The position numbers were made by a program, and so were the translations under genes. 64,000 bases of DNA from Burkholderiales bacterium (GTDB lineage: Bacteria > Pseudomonadota > Gammaproteobacteria > Burkholderiales > Burkholderiaceae_C), in the NCBI GenBank assembly GCA_016191995.1, contig JACPVA010000186.1:57670-121669 (forward strand), given 5' to 3'. Below the pieces are notes generated by a model that was not told the origin of the DNA, made no database searches, and saw only the letters and a list, made by a program, of their open reading frames with translations. Positions 18,112-25,520 of this stretch are shown piece by piece. Numbering within the stretch: the stretch's first letter is position 1; every line of letters starts with the position of its first letter.

Positions 18112-18513
18112 TCAGTCCTCCGGCTTGCGCAGCAGCGCGCGCCAGTCCGGGCCGACGGTGCCGAGGTTGTGCTCCACCTTCTCGGTGTAGAACCCCGCGC
18201 ACTTGCCGCGCAGCTCCTCGGCCTTGATGGCCGGGCCGAACTGGCCTTCGTGGCGCGCCTCGTCGCGCAGCGCGAGGAGGGTGCTCAGGTGCTGCGCGAC
18301 GGTGAACTCGTTGGCTGCGGCGGCCTTGGCCCCGATCTCGGCGACCCTTTCCCGAACCTTGCCGTCGCCGGCGAGCAGTGACGCCTTGCTCCACACCGCC
18401 GCATCCTTCCACGCCGCCGACCGCGGGAACGCGCGCCGGTAGGCCTCGGCCTGGCTGAGGCCCTGCGCCAGGCCGGCGGCGAAGGCCTCGCGCTTGGGCG
18501 TCAGGCCGGCCAC
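18112..18513 (-). CDS. Terminase small subunit
   Basis: LTPKREAFAAGLAQGLSQAEAYRRAF...KAEELRGKCAGFYTEKVEH; directly upstream of terL. Confidence 0.88.
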   Translation of the reverse strand: MAGLTPKREAFAAGLAQGLSQAEAYRRAFPRSAAWKDAAVWSKASLLAGDGKVRERVAEIGAKAAAANEFTVAQHLSTLLALRDEARHEGQFGPAIKAEELRGKCAGFYTEKVEHNLGTVGPDWRALLRKPED

Positions 18514-18872
18514 GAGACCTCCACGCAGACGAAGCCACCGATCTCGCCGGCCGGCGCCATCTCGGGCGGTGGCGTCATCCGCCAGCGGCTGTCGTCGACG
18601 CCGAGCACGTCGGCCAGGCCGTCGAGGCCGGATTTCATGGCCGCGATGCAGTTGTCCAGGTCGCGGCGCCGGCGGTCAGGGGGCACGAAACGCAGATGCA
18701 ACGCCAGGGCCTCTGGAGGCCCCGCCAGGCGCGCGGCGCCCTGCATCCGTGCCGTCCATGCGCACGCGGCCCGGAAGCGCTTCTTGGACCGCGCCAGGCT
18801 CGCCCAGTGCGCATGCCTGGCGTTCGGGCTGAGCTCGGCCGGCGGCCAGGGGAGGATCAGCCGCAGCGCCAT
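18501..18872 (-). CDS. RusA-like Holliday junction endodeoxyribonuclease
   Basis: LPWPPAELSPNAR...FVPPDRRRRDLDN...KSGLDGLADVLGVDDSRW. Confidence 0.85.
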   Translation of the reverse strand: MALRLILPWPPAELSPNARHAHWASLARSKKRFRAACAWTARMQGAARLAGPPEALALHLRFVPPDRRRRDLDNCIAAMKSGLDGLADVLGVDDSRWRMTPPPEMAPAGEIGGFVCVEVSWPA

Positions 18873-19168
18873 CACGCCCCTGCCTGATGTTCGGACCACG
18901 CCTTCACCTCGAGGTGAAGCTCGGCCCAGCCGCCGCCGGCAGCGGCCTGCAGCGCGGCGCGGTAGTCGGCCCGGAACTTGCCGGCGGCCATCGATGCGTG
19001 AAAGCCCGGCGAGCGCGCCAGGCTGCGCACCGTGCAGGCGCGGCAGCCGGCAGCGTAGGTGACGCCGCACAGCGGGTTGGCGGCGTAGGCGGCGCAGGCC
19101 TTGCAGGCTGCGATGCTGGATGGGCGCACAGCAGCCGGCGGCATCAGCGCGACGGTCTCGTCTGGCAT
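18872..19168 (-). CDS. Hypothetical Cys-containing phage protein
   Basis: 98 aa with CKAC...C..C pattern; coupled between neighbours. Confidence 0.55.
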   Translation of the reverse strand: MPDETVALMPPAAVRPSSIAACKACAAYAANPLCGVTYAAGCRACTVRSLARSPGFHASMAAGKFRADYRAALQAAAGGGWAELHLEVKAWSEHQAGA

Positions 19169-19179
19169 GTGGTCGAACC

Positions 19180-19827
19180 TCACGCGGCCCTCCCGATGCG
19201 CTTGATCGCCAGGCCGGCGTCGGCCGCCGGGACAGCCTGGGAGATCGCTGTCTTCGCGGAGCTGGTCCCGAGCTGCTCGACCTGCTGCGCGCGCTGCGAG
19301 TCGCCGATCAGCGATGGCTGCGCCGTGCCATGCCCGCGCAGCGCGTTCGTCGCCTCGTACTCGCCTGGCAGCCGCGCCGGGTATGGGTGATCCGGGCGCA
19401 GCGAGTACGCCCGGTGCAGGTCGGTGAAGCGCTTTTGCGTGAACGGCAGCTCGTCGGTCTCGGAGCGGCAGATCGCCGGCCATCCGCCCATGTCGTTGAT
19501 CGCGGCGTGGATCGCCCCGTCGTCGAAGACGACCGACTGGTACGCGCCGACGCGCTGCATCGCGTCGAGCACCTTGCCCCAGGCGACCAGGCTGCGGTCG
19601 GCCTGCGTGCCGACGATGCGCTTGATGAGGTCGGCCGGCTTGGGCATGAACTGCCCGCCGTCAGGGTCCTCGACCACCGCGCGGAATGCACGCTCGACCT
19701 GCTCGATGTCGAAGCGCTCCAGCGCCGCCCACCACAGCGACATCGCGCCCTCGCTGATCGTGCGGCCGTACAGCTCGGAGCAGGCGCTCAGCGCCACGCT
19801 GAACCTGTCGAAATCCTCAGTCCGCAT
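19180..19827 (-). CDS. DUF6475-like replication accessory protein (helicase loader/inhibitor-like)
   Basis: FMPKPADLIK...AWGKV...VVFDDGAIHAAINDMGGW; follows initiator. Confidence 0.75.
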   Translation of the reverse strand: MRTEDFDRFSVALSACSELYGRTISEGAMSLWWAALERFDIEQVERAFRAVVEDPDGGQFMPKPADLIKRIVGTQADRSLVAWGKVLDAMQRVGAYQSVVFDDGAIHAAINDMGGWPAICRSETDELPFTQKRFTDLHRAYSLRPDHPYPARLPGEYEATNALRGHGTAQPSLIGDSQRAQQVEQLGTSSAKTAISQAVPAADAGLAIKRIGRAA

Positions 19828-20776
19828 TCGCTTCCCCTTGCCGTTCGAGCAGCCGCGCCTTGAGCGCCTTGGCGTTGAGCATCGTCTGCATCCCGTGCGG
19901 GCTCATCGCCGTGACGGCGTGGTGCCCGCCGCCGTTGGTCGGGGTGGCGTCCGGCTTCAGCGGGAACAGCCCGGCCCACGACCGGAACGTGCTCTGCCGC
20001 AGCACCTCGGTCGGGTCGTGCCCGGCATCCCGCAGTCGGGCCAGCTCGGCGACCGCCAGGCGCCGGGCGGCAGGCGTCAGCGGCTTGCGGATGGCCCGTC
20101 GCATGCCCTCGAAGCCCTCCCAGGCCGTCGCGTCGACCCAAGGCGGCAGGGGGTCGGGGGCGGGGTCGGGTCGCGCGCGCCTGCGCGCGGGGGGTTCGGG
20201 GGGTATCCCCCCGTTCTCTTTGTATTCTCTGGTTCCGGTTCCGGTTCCGGTTCCGGTTCCGGTGGCGTCGCGTCCGGGGTCAGTCCCCGTCTCGGTTGGC
20301 GTCGCGTCCGGGGTCGCGTCCGGGGTCCGTCCCGCGGTTGTCCCGAGGTTGTCCCGCGGGACATTTGCGGCAAGCTGCGCCCGCTCGGCTTCCATCCGCT
20401 CGCGGTACGCGGCCTTGCGCTCGGACTCCCGGCGCTTGGTGTCGATCATTTCTACCACGCGTTCGGCGATCGTCGCGTGGTAGAGCCGGCCGTCGTCGGC
20501 CTCGGCCCAGCCGCGCATCAGTACCGGCCGCGCCTTGGCAAAGGCCTTGGGCGCCATGCCGATGCGCGCCGCGATCAGCGCATCGTCGCTCGGCAACGAG
20601 CCGCACGGCACCTGTTCCCATGCCGTCGCCCACAGCAACAGCAACCACGGCCGGAGCTCTGGCGTTGCCAGCGCCCATGTGTCCGACTGCCGCACGCGTT
20701 CCATGTCCAGCTCGAACCGCCACCCCTTCGCCCGCGTGTCCGCGGCGTACGGCGCCGCCTTCAGGTCGCTTGTCAT
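19817..20776 (-). CDS. Phage replication initiator (YdaU/DUF1376-like)
   Basis: LLLWATAWEQVPCGSLPSDDALIAAR...GRLYHATIAE; TGTGTG linker; C-terminal WEGFEGMRRAIRKPLT. Confidence 0.8.
   Translation of the reverse strand: MTSDLKAAPYAADTRAKGWRFELDMERVRQSDTWALATPELRPWLLLLWATAWEQVPCGSLPSDDALIAARIGMAPKAFAKARPVLMRGWAEADDGRLYHATIAERVVEMIDTKRRESERKAAYRERMEAERAQLAANVPRDNLGTTAGRTPDATPDATPTETGTDPGRDATGTGTGTGTGTREYKENGGIPPEPPARRRARPDPAPDPLPPWVDATAWEGFEGMRRAIRKPLTPAARRLAVAELARLRDAGHDPTEVLRQSTFRSWAGLFPLKPDATPTNGGGHHAVTAMSPHGMQTMLNAKALKARLLERQGEANAD
20231..20360. repeat. Iteron-like repeats within the initiator gene (probable origin)
   Basis: (GGTTCC)x5 at 20231-20260; GGCGTCGCGTCCGGGGT at 20264 and 20298, partial at 20313; GTCCCG x3. 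Confidence 0.6.
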
Positions 20777-21294
20777 TCCACCTCCAGCCGGCCCTGGCCG
20801 CGCCTGATCCTGCTGACCGTCTGATCGCTCAGGCCGAACTGCCTCGCGAGCGAGCGTCCCGTGACCTGCTTCGGCGCAGCGCGGATGGCGCGGACGACCT
20901 CCAACGGCGTCGGCACCATGCCCCTAGCCGCCCACGCCGCGCGGATGTTCTGGCGCCGCACCTGCACATGCGTCCCGACGAGCGACCGAGCGCGCCGGAT
21001 GTGCAGTCCGATCGCCGCGCGGCTCGCCATCTCGCGCAGGTGCGCCGGGTTCAGGCACAGGCGATTGCCGCAGCAGCGGAAGACAAGATGCCCGTCCAGC
21101 GGCGGCGCCTGCCGGCTGATGTGCCAGGCCGCGAGCGGCCCCGGCATGACGCGCTTCTCGATGCGGCCGTAGTCCAGCGTCCACAGCTTCGGCTGCCCTC
21201 CGCTCGTCGCGCCCTGCCACAGCCAGCAGTGAGAGGCCTGGTCGACGACGCATCGCGCCTTGAGCTGGTCGATCGTGAGCATGCCGCGCTTCAT
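20773..21294 (-). CDS. HNH-like endonuclease with C-terminal HTH
   Basis: HCWLWQGA...CCGNRLCLNPAHL; SLARQFGLSDQTVSRI. Confidence 0.7.
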   Translation of the reverse strand: MKRGMLTIDQLKARCVVDQASHCWLWQGATSGGQPKLWTLDYGRIEKRVMPGPLAAWHISRQAPPLDGHLVFRCCGNRLCLNPAHLREMASRAAIGLHIRRARSLVGTHVQVRRQNIRAAWAARGMVPTPLEVVRAIRAAPKQVTGRSLARQFGLSDQTVSRIRRGQGRLEVE

Positions 21295-21593
21295 GCGTCA
21301 TCCCATTCGAGCACGCGCTCGGCGCGCATGTGCTCGCGCGCCAGCACGTGCAGTGCCTGCAGGTAGTCGGTCGGCACGCACAGCCTGTCGGACGGCACGA
21401 CCTTGAAGCCGAGCTGGTACAGCAGGGCCAGCGCGTCCTCGAGCTTCTCGGTCTTCACGCGGCTGATGGTGGCCTCGCTGACGCCCATGGCGTGGGCCAG
21501 GTTGCGCTGGGTTCCCGGTTCTTGCAGGCACTGCAAGACGCGGCCGTGCGCCTTCCTGGCTCTTTCGCAGGGCGAGCAGGACAGTTCCGTCAT
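21291..21593 (-). CDS. CII-like transcriptional regulator
   Basis: TQRNLAHAMGVSEATISRVK...LYQLGFKVVP; downstream of cro. Confidence 0.75.
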   Translation of the reverse strand: MTELSCSPCERARKAHGRVLQCLQEPGTQRNLAHAMGVSEATISRVKTEKLEDALALLYQLGFKVVPSDRLCVPTDYLQALHVLAREHMRAERVLEWDDA

Positions 21594-21757
21594 GTGCTGC
21601 TCGGGCTACTGGTGGAAGGGCGGGTCAGGCTGCTGCATGGGCGCCGTCCTGCTGTCGTGCGGCGGCCGCGCCCAGGGGTGGCCTGAAGAAATGGGGGGGC
21701 GCCCCGTCCGGGCGTACGCTGGAGGCCTGCACGCACACCAGCCCCGGGAGGGCGCCC

Positions 21758-21988
21758 ATGAAACGAAAGCCCGTCGGGCCGCGCTGCTTCGACATCACGA
21801 TCGACACCCCTCGCGGGCCGTACCGCGGGCAGTGGCGCTGCGATGCGCAGCGAGCCAGCGGGCAAATAGCCGTCTGGTCTGCGGATGGAAGGCGCGAAGC
21901 GACGCTTGGCGCGCATTGGCCGTGGCCGGAGGTGCTGGCAGGTGTGCTCCTAGCCGAAATCGCGCGCGCCGCGGGCAAGCTGACCTGA
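21758..21988 (+). CDS. Small hypothetical protein antisense to the cro operon
   Basis: 76 aa MKRKPVGPRCFDITIDTPRGPYRGQWR; GGGAGGG RBS. Confidence 0.5.
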   Translation: MKRKPVGPRCFDITIDTPRGPYRGQWRCDAQRASGQIAVWSADGRREATLGAHWPWPEVLAGVLLAEIARAAGKLT

Positions 21989-22298
21989 GCACCGCCCGCT
22001 CGATGGCCAGGTACGTGGCGCAGTCGACCGCGTACATGCCAGGGTTCAGCGCGTGCATGCCGTTGGCCGTGTCGCGCTGGATGGCCAGCTGCAGGTGCGT
22101 CATGGCGATGGTCAGCTCCGCGGCCAGGTCCGACGCATCACGAGCTGGCGCCGCTGCTGTTGACGCGGGATCAGGCGCGCACGTTGGCGCTTGGCCTGCT
22201 AGCCGCCGCAGAGCGGGTTCCTGCAGGAGACCAAGGAGATCAAGGTCCCGCGACGCAGTGACCGCCCGATCGGTCACGACAAGCGGCTCAGGCTGCAT
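21795..22298 (-). CDS. Hypothetical protein downstream of cro (3' part doubtful)
   Basis: AGGAGG RBS and overlap with the cro stop; last ~65 codons overlap the + ORF 21758-21988. Confidence 0.4.
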   Translation of the reverse strand: MQPEPLVVTDRAVTASRDLDLLGLLQEPALRRLAGQAPTCAPDPASTAAAPARDASDLAAELTIAMTHLQLAIQRDTANGMHALNPGMYAVDCATYLAIERAVLRSACPRRARFRLGAHLPAPPATANARQASLRAFHPQTRRLFARWLAAHRSATARGTAREGCRS

Positions 22299-22557
22299 CG
22301 CGCGCCACCTCCTTCGGCGCCGCCACGTCCAGGCATGGACGGCCGGCGGGGTGGGGCCATGACGGGTCTGCCACGCGCACCCAGCGCACGTCCGGGCGCA
22401 GCTGCTCGACCGTCACCCGGCCGTCGGTGGCGCGCTCGATTGATGGGCAGCGGTCGGCGGGCGGCCGGCCGCCCCAGCCGATCACGGACGGGGGCTTGAT
22501 GCCCAGCATCCGGGCGACAGCAGTCGGCCCGCCAAGGTCTGAGATGACTGTGGACAT
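22288..22557 (-). CDS. Cro-like repressor (YdaS family)
   Basis: GGPTAVARMLGIKPPSVIGW...CPSIERATDGRVTVEQLRPD. Confidence 0.88.
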   Translation of the reverse strand: MSTVISDLGGPTAVARMLGIKPPSVIGWGGRPPADRCPSIERATDGRVTVEQLRPDVRWVRVADPSWPHPAGRPCLDVAAPKEVARDAA

Positions 22558-22563
22558 GCGCGC

Positions 22564-22591
22564 ATGATAAGGCGGCGCCTAATCATGTCAA
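22564..22591 (-). promoter_or_regulatory. PR-like promoter with overlapping operator
   Basis: Minus strand TTGACA-N16-TATCAT, ATG 6 nt after the -10 (probably leaderless); operator AAGGCGGCGCCTA at 22569-22581. Confidence 0.8.
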
Positions 22592-22632
22592 GCGGAATTG
22601 CCGAACTGGCGCCGGTGGGACCAGATTTGGTG

Positions 22633-23067
22633 ATGCTTACTGGACCAGACCTAGGCGCCGCAATCGAGTCGGCGCGCATCAAGAAGGGCGTCACGAAGGA
22701 GGCTCTCGCCGCGCACTTCGGCGTCAAGCCACCGTCAGTCCAGGACTGGGTCAGACGCGGCACCATCGACAAGGGCAAGCTCGTCGAGCTCTGGCGCTAC
22801 TTCGCCGATGTGGCAGGACCAGAGCATTGGGGGTTGCCGTGGCGGTTCCATCCACACACAGCGATCGCCGAGCCCCCCACCCCCGACCTCCCCGCCGCCC
22901 TGCCCGTCGTCCTGGATGCGCTGGCCGATCTCCCGCTGGCGCGCTGGGCCAGCGTGCGCGCCCAGCTCGAGCTGCTGGCCGGCCACCCCGAGATGCGCGA
23001 CGACGTGCTCGCCGAGCTGAGGCACCTGCTGGCCGAGCCGCGCGGCAAACGCCAGGGCGCGGCGTGA
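22633..23067 (+). CDS. CI-like XRE repressor lacking an S24 peptidase domain
   Basis: AIESARIKKGVTKEALAAHFGVKPPSVQDWVRRG HTH; divergent from cro; about 144 aa. Confidence 0.82.
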   Translation: MLTGPDLGAAIESARIKKGVTKEALAAHFGVKPPSVQDWVRRGTIDKGKLVELWRYFADVAGPEHWGLPWRFHPHTAIAEPPTPDLPAALPVVLDALADLPLARWASVRAQLELLAGHPEMRDDVLAELRHLLAEPRGKRQGAA

Positions 23068-23069
23068 CA

Positions 23070-23210
23070 ATGGCCCGCGTCTATCGTCTGCCGGCGCGGC
23101 CTGCCCGCGCCACTGTCAAGCCTGACAGCTTCGCCCCCCGATCCGCGGGGGTGCAGTGCATCCGCAGTACATGGGGCCTGTTCGCGTCCTCGGCGATGCC
23201 GCCGCGATGA
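23070..23210 (+). CDS. Possible small peptide downstream of cI
   Basis: 46 aa MARVYRLPARPA...; begins 2 nt after the cI stop. Confidence 0.3.
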   Translation: MARVYRLPARPARATVKPDSFAPRSAGVQCIRSTWGLFASSAMPPR

Positions 23211-23229
23211 GCACCGCTGATCCGATGAG

Positions 23230-23598
23230 CTAGGGCAGCAGAGCCCCCACCGGCACGCCCAGCGCGCCGGCCAGCTTCTTCAGCGTGGCCGCGGTGCCGG
23301 CGCGCTTGCCTCCCTCGATCTGACTGACGTAGGGCTTGCTCACGCCGGCCGCATCGGCCAGCGCCTGCAGCGTCAGGCCCCTGTGCTCGCGCCAGGCCTT
23401 CACGGGGCTCGTGCCGTCGGCCATCGCGTGGGCCACCGGTGCCGGGAGGCGCACGCCGTCGTCGTTGGCCACGGCGTCGGCGTAGGCGGCCGCGTCCTCG
23501 GCGTCCTCGACCATCTCCTTGACCCGCTCCCAGATGTCGGCCGGCACCACGTAGAAAAGGCGCTTGCCGTCTTGTTCGATCACTTGCACCCGGCTCAT
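23230..23598 (-). CDS. XRE-HTH antitoxin (HigA-like)
   Basis: VKAWREHRGLTLQALADAAGVSKPYVSQIEGGKR; coupled downstream of the RelE-like toxin. Confidence 0.88.
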   Translation of the reverse strand: MSRVQVIEQDGKRLFYVVPADIWERVKEMVEDAEDAAAYADAVANDDGVRLPAPVAHAMADGTSPVKAWREHRGLTLQALADAAGVSKPYVSQIEGGKRAGTAATLKKLAGALGVPVGALLP

Positions 23599-23849
23599 TC
23601 GTAGGCTCCACCACGCGGCGCGATGCGCAGCACCCGCACGACCACCCGCCCCGAGTCCACGTCGTAGATGACGCGCCAGTCGCCCACGCGCAGCCGATAG
23701 CCCGGCTGCCCGACGAGCGCCTTGACGTTGGCTGCGCCGAACGGATCGCGCGCCAGGGTCTGGATCTTCGACTCGATCAGTTCGCGCACGTTGCGCGGCA
23801 TCCTGGCCAGCGTCCTGGTTGCCTCGCGCGTGTACTCGATCGAGTGCAT
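23595..23849 (-). CDS. relE: RelE/ParE-family toxin
   Basis: 84 aa SIEYTREATRTL...VKALVGQPGYRLRVGDWRVIY...VLRIAPRGGAY. Confidence 0.9.
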   Translation of the reverse strand: MHSIEYTREATRTLARMPRNVRELIESKIQTLARDPFGAANVKALVGQPGYRLRVGDWRVIYDVDSGRVVVRVLRIAPRGGAYE

Positions 23850-23855
23850 GACGCG

Positions 23856-23874
23856 ATGTTAGCACGGCGCTAAC
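23856..23874 (-). promoter_or_regulatory. TA operator palindrome overlapping the -10 box
   Basis: GTTAGC-ACGGC-GCTAAC (23858-23874); minus-strand TGcTAACAT -10, 6 nt before the toxin ATG. Confidence 0.65.
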
Positions 23875-23880
23875 CGCGCT

Positions 23881-24008
23881 CGCGGCTTAGGGCTTGCGAT
23901 CCGCTGGCGAACGCCCCCCCGGTGCACTCCAAGTGCACCGGGTGCACTCCAAGTGCACCGGGGGGCACTCCAGCCAGGGTGAAAGGCCGCGCGGCTTAGG
24001 GTTTGCGA
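23881..24008. repeat. Tandem palindromes inside 19-bp direct repeats
   Basis: GGTGCACTCCAAGTGCACCG at 23921 and 23941 (partial at 23961); CGCGGCTTAGGGYTTGCGA at 23881 and 23990. Confidence 0.85.
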
Positions 24009-24020
24009 GCATGCGTTGAT

Positions 24021-24062
24021 TAGGCGGCGCCTATTGACAGTGATTAGGTGCCGCCTTATGCT
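24021..24062 (+). promoter_or_regulatory. PL-like early promoter with two operators
   Basis: TTGACA(24034-39)-N17-TATGCT(24057-62); operators TAGGCGGCGCCTA (24021-33) and TAGGTGCCGCCTT (24045-57). Confidence 0.85.
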
Positions 24063-24118
24063 CTACCCCACTCCCCCAAGACAAGCCCATTCCGGGCGGG
24101 GGAGTGGGGACACCAGAG

Positions 24119-24385
24119 ATGCACATCATCCGCACCTACTCCGCCGGCGTGCATGTCGGCACACTCAAGCGGCGCGAGGGCCGCGAGGTCGAGCTGACGG
24201 ACGCTAGCCGCATCTGGCGTTGGCGCGGCGCCAACACGTTGCACGAGCTGGCCCTGCACGGGCCGCAACAAAACTGGACGCGCATCAGCGAGCGCGTACC
24301 GTCGATCGTCCTGACCGAGGCGATCGAGATCATCCCTGTGGCCGACGAGGCCCGCGACGCCTTCGCGCCGCGGTGGGCGAAGTGA
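24119..24385 (+). CDS. DUF6948-like phage protein
   Basis: IIRTYSAGVHVGTL...VELTDASRIWRWRGANTLHELALHG...VLTEAIEIIP. Confidence 0.75.
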   Translation: MHIIRTYSAGVHVGTLKRREGREVELTDASRIWRWRGANTLHELALHGPQQNWTRISERVPSIVLTEAIEIIPVADEARDAFAPRWAK

Positions 24386-24732
24386 ACGGCGACGGCTCCG
24401 GCTCCGGCCACGGCTCCGGCTCCGGCTCCGGCTCCGGCTACGGCTACGGCGAAGGCTACGGCGACGGCTACGGCTCCGGCGACGGCTCCGGCTCCGGCTC
24501 CGGCTACGGCTCCGGCGACGGCTCCGGCTACGGCTACGGCTTCGGCTCCGGCTCCGGCTCCGGCTCCGGCGACGGCTCCGGCTCCGGCTCCGGCTACGGC
24601 GACGGCGACGGCTTCGGCTACGGCTCCGGCTCCGGCTCCGGCGACGGCGACGGCTCCGGCTCCGGCTCCGGCTACGGCTCCGGCTCCGGCGACGGCTACG
24701 GCGACGGCTACGGCGACGGCGACGGCACATGA
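24382..24732 (+). CDS. Gly-X repeat protein (GSGSGYGDG)n
   Basis: 116 aa, Gly at nearly every second residue with S/D/Y between; GTGA overlap upstream, ATGA overlap downstream. Confidence 0.7.
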   Translation: MNGDGSGSGHGSGSGSGSGYGYGEGYGDGYGSGDGSGSGSGYGSGDGSGYGYGFGSGSGSGSGDGSGSGSGYGDGDGFGYGSGSGSGDGDGSGSGSGYGSGSGDGYGDGYGDGDGT

Positions 24733-25088
24733 GCGCAGCTCTCGCAACCCAAGGCCCCGGCGACGCGGCGACCTGGGGTCGGCCGACGGGCCACCCGCAC
24801 GACCCGCGCACCGAGGACGACTGCGCCGACAACACGAGTCGGCAGTATCTCGACGAGCTGCCCGTTCTCGTCGGGTACTACGCGGGCAACGCCTACGGCT
24901 GCCGCTACGCGGCCGCCGACATCGAGATCACCGACGTGGTGATCAACGGCCACGAACTCGACCCGCTGCTGTTTGCGCCTGGCGTGCTGTGCGAATGGCA
25001 ACGGGCCATCGCCGCCGAGATCAACGGCGAGCGCGACATGGCCGCCGACTGCGCGGCGATTGACCGACTGGAGGATGGCCGTGATTAG
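24729..25088 (+). CDS. Hypothetical early phage protein
   Basis: 119 aa WGRPTGHPHDPRTEDD; translationally coupled. Confidence 0.65.
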   Translation: MSAALATQGPGDAATWGRPTGHPHDPRTEDDCADNTSRQYLDELPVLVGYYAGNAYGCRYAAADIEITDVVINGHELDPLLFAPGVLCEWQRAIAAEINGERDMAADCAAIDRLEDGRD

Positions 25089-25335
25089 CCCCACCGTGCG
25101 CGACAGGTGGACCTTGTACGCGGCCGCGACGGCCGCGACGGCCGAACCGAAGGGCGAGGCGACGAAGCGCCTCTGCGTCGAGCGAGCGAAAGCTCGTGAC
25201 GAGATCCGCGTCAGCATCGTCGGAGCCGACGCGACGATGCAGCAGGCTGTGTATCTGACCGCCAGCGAGGCACGCGACCTGCGCGACATGCTGGCGCAGG
25301 CCCTTGACATCGACGTGGAGGCTGAAGCCGCATGA
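25081..25335 (+). CDS. Hypothetical early phage protein
   Basis: GTG start with GGAGG RBS; MISPTVRDRWTLY... Confidence 0.55.
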   Translation: MISPTVRDRWTLYAAATAATAEPKGEATKRLCVERAKARDEIRVSIVGADATMQQAVYLTASEARDLRDMLAQALDIDVEAEAA

Positions 25336-25520
25336 ACCACCTGCCCGAATCCCGCAGCGCCATGGCCGGGCGCACGCACTCGCGCGCCTGGCGCCCCGAG
25401 GACTACGCGGCGATCGAGCGCCTGGACCCCGCCGAGCGCTCGGCCCGCCGGATGGAGGCGCTGATCCTCGTCATGTTCCTCGCCAGCGTCGCCTGGTGGC
25501 TGTGGGAGGTCTTCGCATGA
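25332..25520 (+). CDS. Small membrane protein
   Basis: 62 aa, C-terminal TM helix; ATGA coupled. Confidence 0.55.
   Translation: MNHLPESRSAMAGRTHSRAWRPEDYAAIERLDPAERSARRMEALILVMFLASVAWWLWEVFA

Noticed and set aside
24390-24725. Dense short repeats as a possible CRISPR array
   Set aside because: Hexamer codon repeats with no unique spacers and no cas genes; explained by the Gly-X ORF
13290-25335. Many phage proteins ending in -AA as systematic ClpXP degrons
   Set aside because: Several are forced or favoured by GCA-TGA/ATGA start-stop overlaps and high GC; kept only for CI
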